DNA of 37,817 bases from a virus (taxonomy: Duplodnaviria; Caudoviricetes), in IMG/VR virus record IMGVR_UViG_3300026187_000035, positions 1 to 37,817 of that record; one strand, written 5' to 3'. Each line of letters begins with the position of its first letter. Positions within the stretch are counted from its first letter, which is position 1. Made by a program: the position numbers and the translations under genes. Positions 36,701 to 37,817 of the stretch are shown piece after piece. Under the pieces are notes generated by a model. It was given only the letters and a program-made list of their open reading frames with translations. It had not been told where the DNA came from and made no database searches.

Positions 36701-37190
36701 ACCATTAAAAGAAGCATTATCAGCACTTGCGGCAACTAGTACTACAGATCCAGGTAAAGGAATAGTCAAACAAAATAAAAGACTTCCAAATACTAATATT
36801 GATTTAACAGATCCTAAATATGCAATGGATGGTATGTTACCCTTGGATAGTATGTTAGCTAGATTAAATACATATAAAATTACAGATCCAGCTGATGCAG
36901 ATTATGGAAAAACAGTAAAAGAAGCATTGACAGACTTAGTAACAAAATCACCTGAATACAAAGAAGCTCTTGGTCCTGCACAATCAGGATTTCTAAATGA
37001 TAAAAGAGCAAAAATGATTCAAAGTGTATATAATAAATACAAAACTAAGATCCGTATGGAAGTAATTAGGAACAATCCTAAGTTACAAAAAGACTATATA
37101 AATGCATTAGAAGAAAAACGTGGTGCATTTAAAAACGTGGACAGCCTAGATAGGTCCTCAAAAACTCTAGACCAATTACTTAACTTTTAA
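33711..37190 (+). CDS. Internal virion protein D (gp16-like)
   Basis: Largest ORF before the tail fibre; NALLSGP.T, PFVRTPTN, Y.R.DP motifs; start MSDIL by TAATG coupling. Confidence 0.8.
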   Translation: MSDILNFNDYESQKKKLEVLDFNELEKNKKKELIQSGETYNDEVENERGFVDNFIEGSKGVAQGGIKGVEGMAEFVNMVINPWIGLGEATWKYTATGEWDKDLLQKEYFAEKMDIVPDFLEVEEGSVAAFNSDVVAFFSNYGLITKGLKQIPLLAKDPTKPYRLGKELVVGALTDVTAFDPEDGTAVDFLLDRYPGLSNPVFNFLTTDENDSDAMIKLKQALEGAGITGGIHIIAKGLGLFKQYNQGVVARYKGKKLEQAKIIEEANNKGIIVDDAADAAAKIKESEFIGPKQVKPKPVPKQKEVLLDEKQLNESIRNTDDIVNVDLPFNVKNWKSALDVQVVIEKTVKAMHQSYKNKWDNVLTNKQTDELSDMMDMEADVLAKGLSSVDNVAELPIRVIATKKALQGLGVEAKRLSKIVAKGGSDITTKTDLAKTLAIIAKTTDELKDAIKAAARTTQAGRIKTGAAKIDIQAIADITKNFDGNIEDFAKRISKLEDFSGIKKAIERSFAQKSWDVITEVYINALLSGPLTQVINLSSTFIETFLRPLELLTGGALTIYTKNGRRSVRLAFSRYRGLIRGIDDTLVSVGRAFKEEDLYADKMGRIIENKAPKAFSSQNFNIKNKTGAAIFDFVGGAFRLPSRLLVTTDELFKQINYRAKLHEMAVNGALNKNLKGANFDSYVRKFEKKGFDKLGRFVNDEARMYSREATFTQELSGGAWLDLGSRFQALSKGSYNPFRLMLPFVRTPTNLFRHQMQRMPITGLLQKRNFDMLKKGGVQRSEVIGRQVLGSMVMYKAYDLAINEQITGRGPKNPALREAWLLTHKPYSKKVIKDDGTVEWVAYNRMDPRFMFVGIIADLVQFFDEANPERDRNIMAGLMVSLISNMTSKTYLSGVTDLMTAIGTESPTRWNRFLQNSALSFIPYSSFMRQTNNDAAMREVRTLADSYDNLTWGDAENVAPKRNILGEIVIKPKGVFGFPVKDWLLPIVGKTSTTESTPLKEALSALAATSTTDPGKGIVKQNKRLPNTNIDLTDPKYAMDGMLPLDSMLARLNTYKITDPADADYGKTVKEALTDLVTKSPEYKEALGPAQSGFLNDKRAKMIQSVYNKYKTKIRMEVIRNNPKLQKDYINALEEKRGAFKNVDSLDRSSKTLDQLLNF

Positions 37191-37211
37191 CAGATACCTC
37201 TATAGGAAAAA
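37188..37211 (+). promoter_or_regulatory. Putative late phage RNAP promoter (phi17 position)
   Basis: Identical to 23548-23571; directly upstream of the tail-fibre gene. Confidence 0.8.
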
Positions 37212-37214
37212 ACA

Positions 37215-37817
37215 ATGGCAAATTCATTCGTAAGATACACTGGTAACGGAAGCACAACCGCTTTTACTATACCTTTTACATATATTGACAGTGCACACTT
37301 ATCTTGTACTGTTGCTGGTGTTAGCACATCATTTACTTTAAATGCGGCTGGTACCACGGCAACACTATCATCAGCGCCGGCGAATGGAGTCGCAATTGAG
37401 TTTAGAAGAAAAACAAGTCAAACATCAAGACTTACAGACTACGTAGCTGGATCAGTATTAAAAGAATCAGATCTAGATACAGACTCTATTCAATCATTTA
37501 ATATGTCACAAGAAGCGATCGATGATGCTGGTGATGTTATTAAACTTGATAATGTTGATTTTCAATGGGACACACAAAATAAAAGATTAACAAATGTTGC
37601 AGACCCAGTAGACAATACTGATGCTGTAAACAAACAATTTATCTCAACTAATTTACCTAACATCACAACAGTTGCAGGTATTAGTTCAGATGTAACTACT
37701 GTTGCAAACAATGATGCAAATATTACAGCAGTTGCAAATGATGCTACAGATATTGGTACTGTGGCTCTTAATATGCCATCAGTTACAACAGTTGCCACAA
37801 ACATCAATGATGTAATT
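37215..37817 (+). CDS. Tail fibre protein N-terminus (gp17-like; 3' truncated; not in ORF track)
   Basis: MANSFVRYTGNGSTTAFTIPFTY...IEFRRKT...GSVLKESDLD...QEAID, followed by roughly 10-aa TTVA repeats; open to the window end. Confidence 0.92.
   Translation, partial: MANSFVRYTGNGSTTAFTIPFTYIDSAHLSCTVAGVSTSFTLNAAGTTATLSSAPANGVAIEFRRKTSQTSRLTDYVAGSVLKESDLDTDSIQSFNMSQEAIDDAGDVIKLDNVDFQWDTQNKRLTNVADPVDNTDAVNKQFISTNLPNITTVAGISSDVTTVANNDANITAVANDATDIGTVALNMPSVTTVATNINDVI

Noticed and set aside
656-37807. Minus-strand ORFs in the supplied track
   Set aside because: All lie antisense to well-supported plus-strand genes and lack recognisable motifs; they are shadow ORFs.
1-37817. tRNA genes, CRISPR arrays, or terminal overlap indicating a closed circle
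   Set aside because: No cloverleaf or repeat-spacer array was seen. The two window ends do not overlap, so part of the tail-fibre region is missing.

Overview
This window is a nearly complete, circularly permuted, AT-rich T7-like podovirus genome (Autographiviridae type). Its layout (integrase directly upstream of a single-subunit RNA polymerase) and its low GC resemble marine SAR11/alphaproteobacterial podophages; the host is an inference. The contig breaks inside the tail-fibre region. Gene order: tail-fibre C-terminus, small late/lysis genes with an intact amidase, terminases, a non-coding genome-end/control region (about 5990-7115), early genes, a three-gene base-modification-like operon with a MazG-like pyrophosphatase, integrase, RNAP, SSB, endonuclease I, a degenerate lysozyme, a dNMP kinase, a thymidylate-synthase-fold enzyme, primase-helicase, Pol A, exonuclease, portal, scaffold, capsid, tail tubes, internal virion proteins and the tail-fibre N-terminus. 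The most notable signal is a candidate cytosine hypermodification pathway. The TS-fold enzyme has the dCMP-specifying Asp (RSSDAWLGWPYD). It occurs together with a kinase, a dNTP pyrophosphatase, an amino-acid:DNA transferase-like protein, a fold-type II PLP enzyme and an SGNH-like protein. To my knowledge, the transferase/PLP pair has been characterised for thymidine (5hmU) hypermodification rather than for cytosine. Several small genes missing from the ORF track and a family of phage-RNAP promoters were also read from the sequence. All family assignments come from motif recognition by eye, not from database searches.
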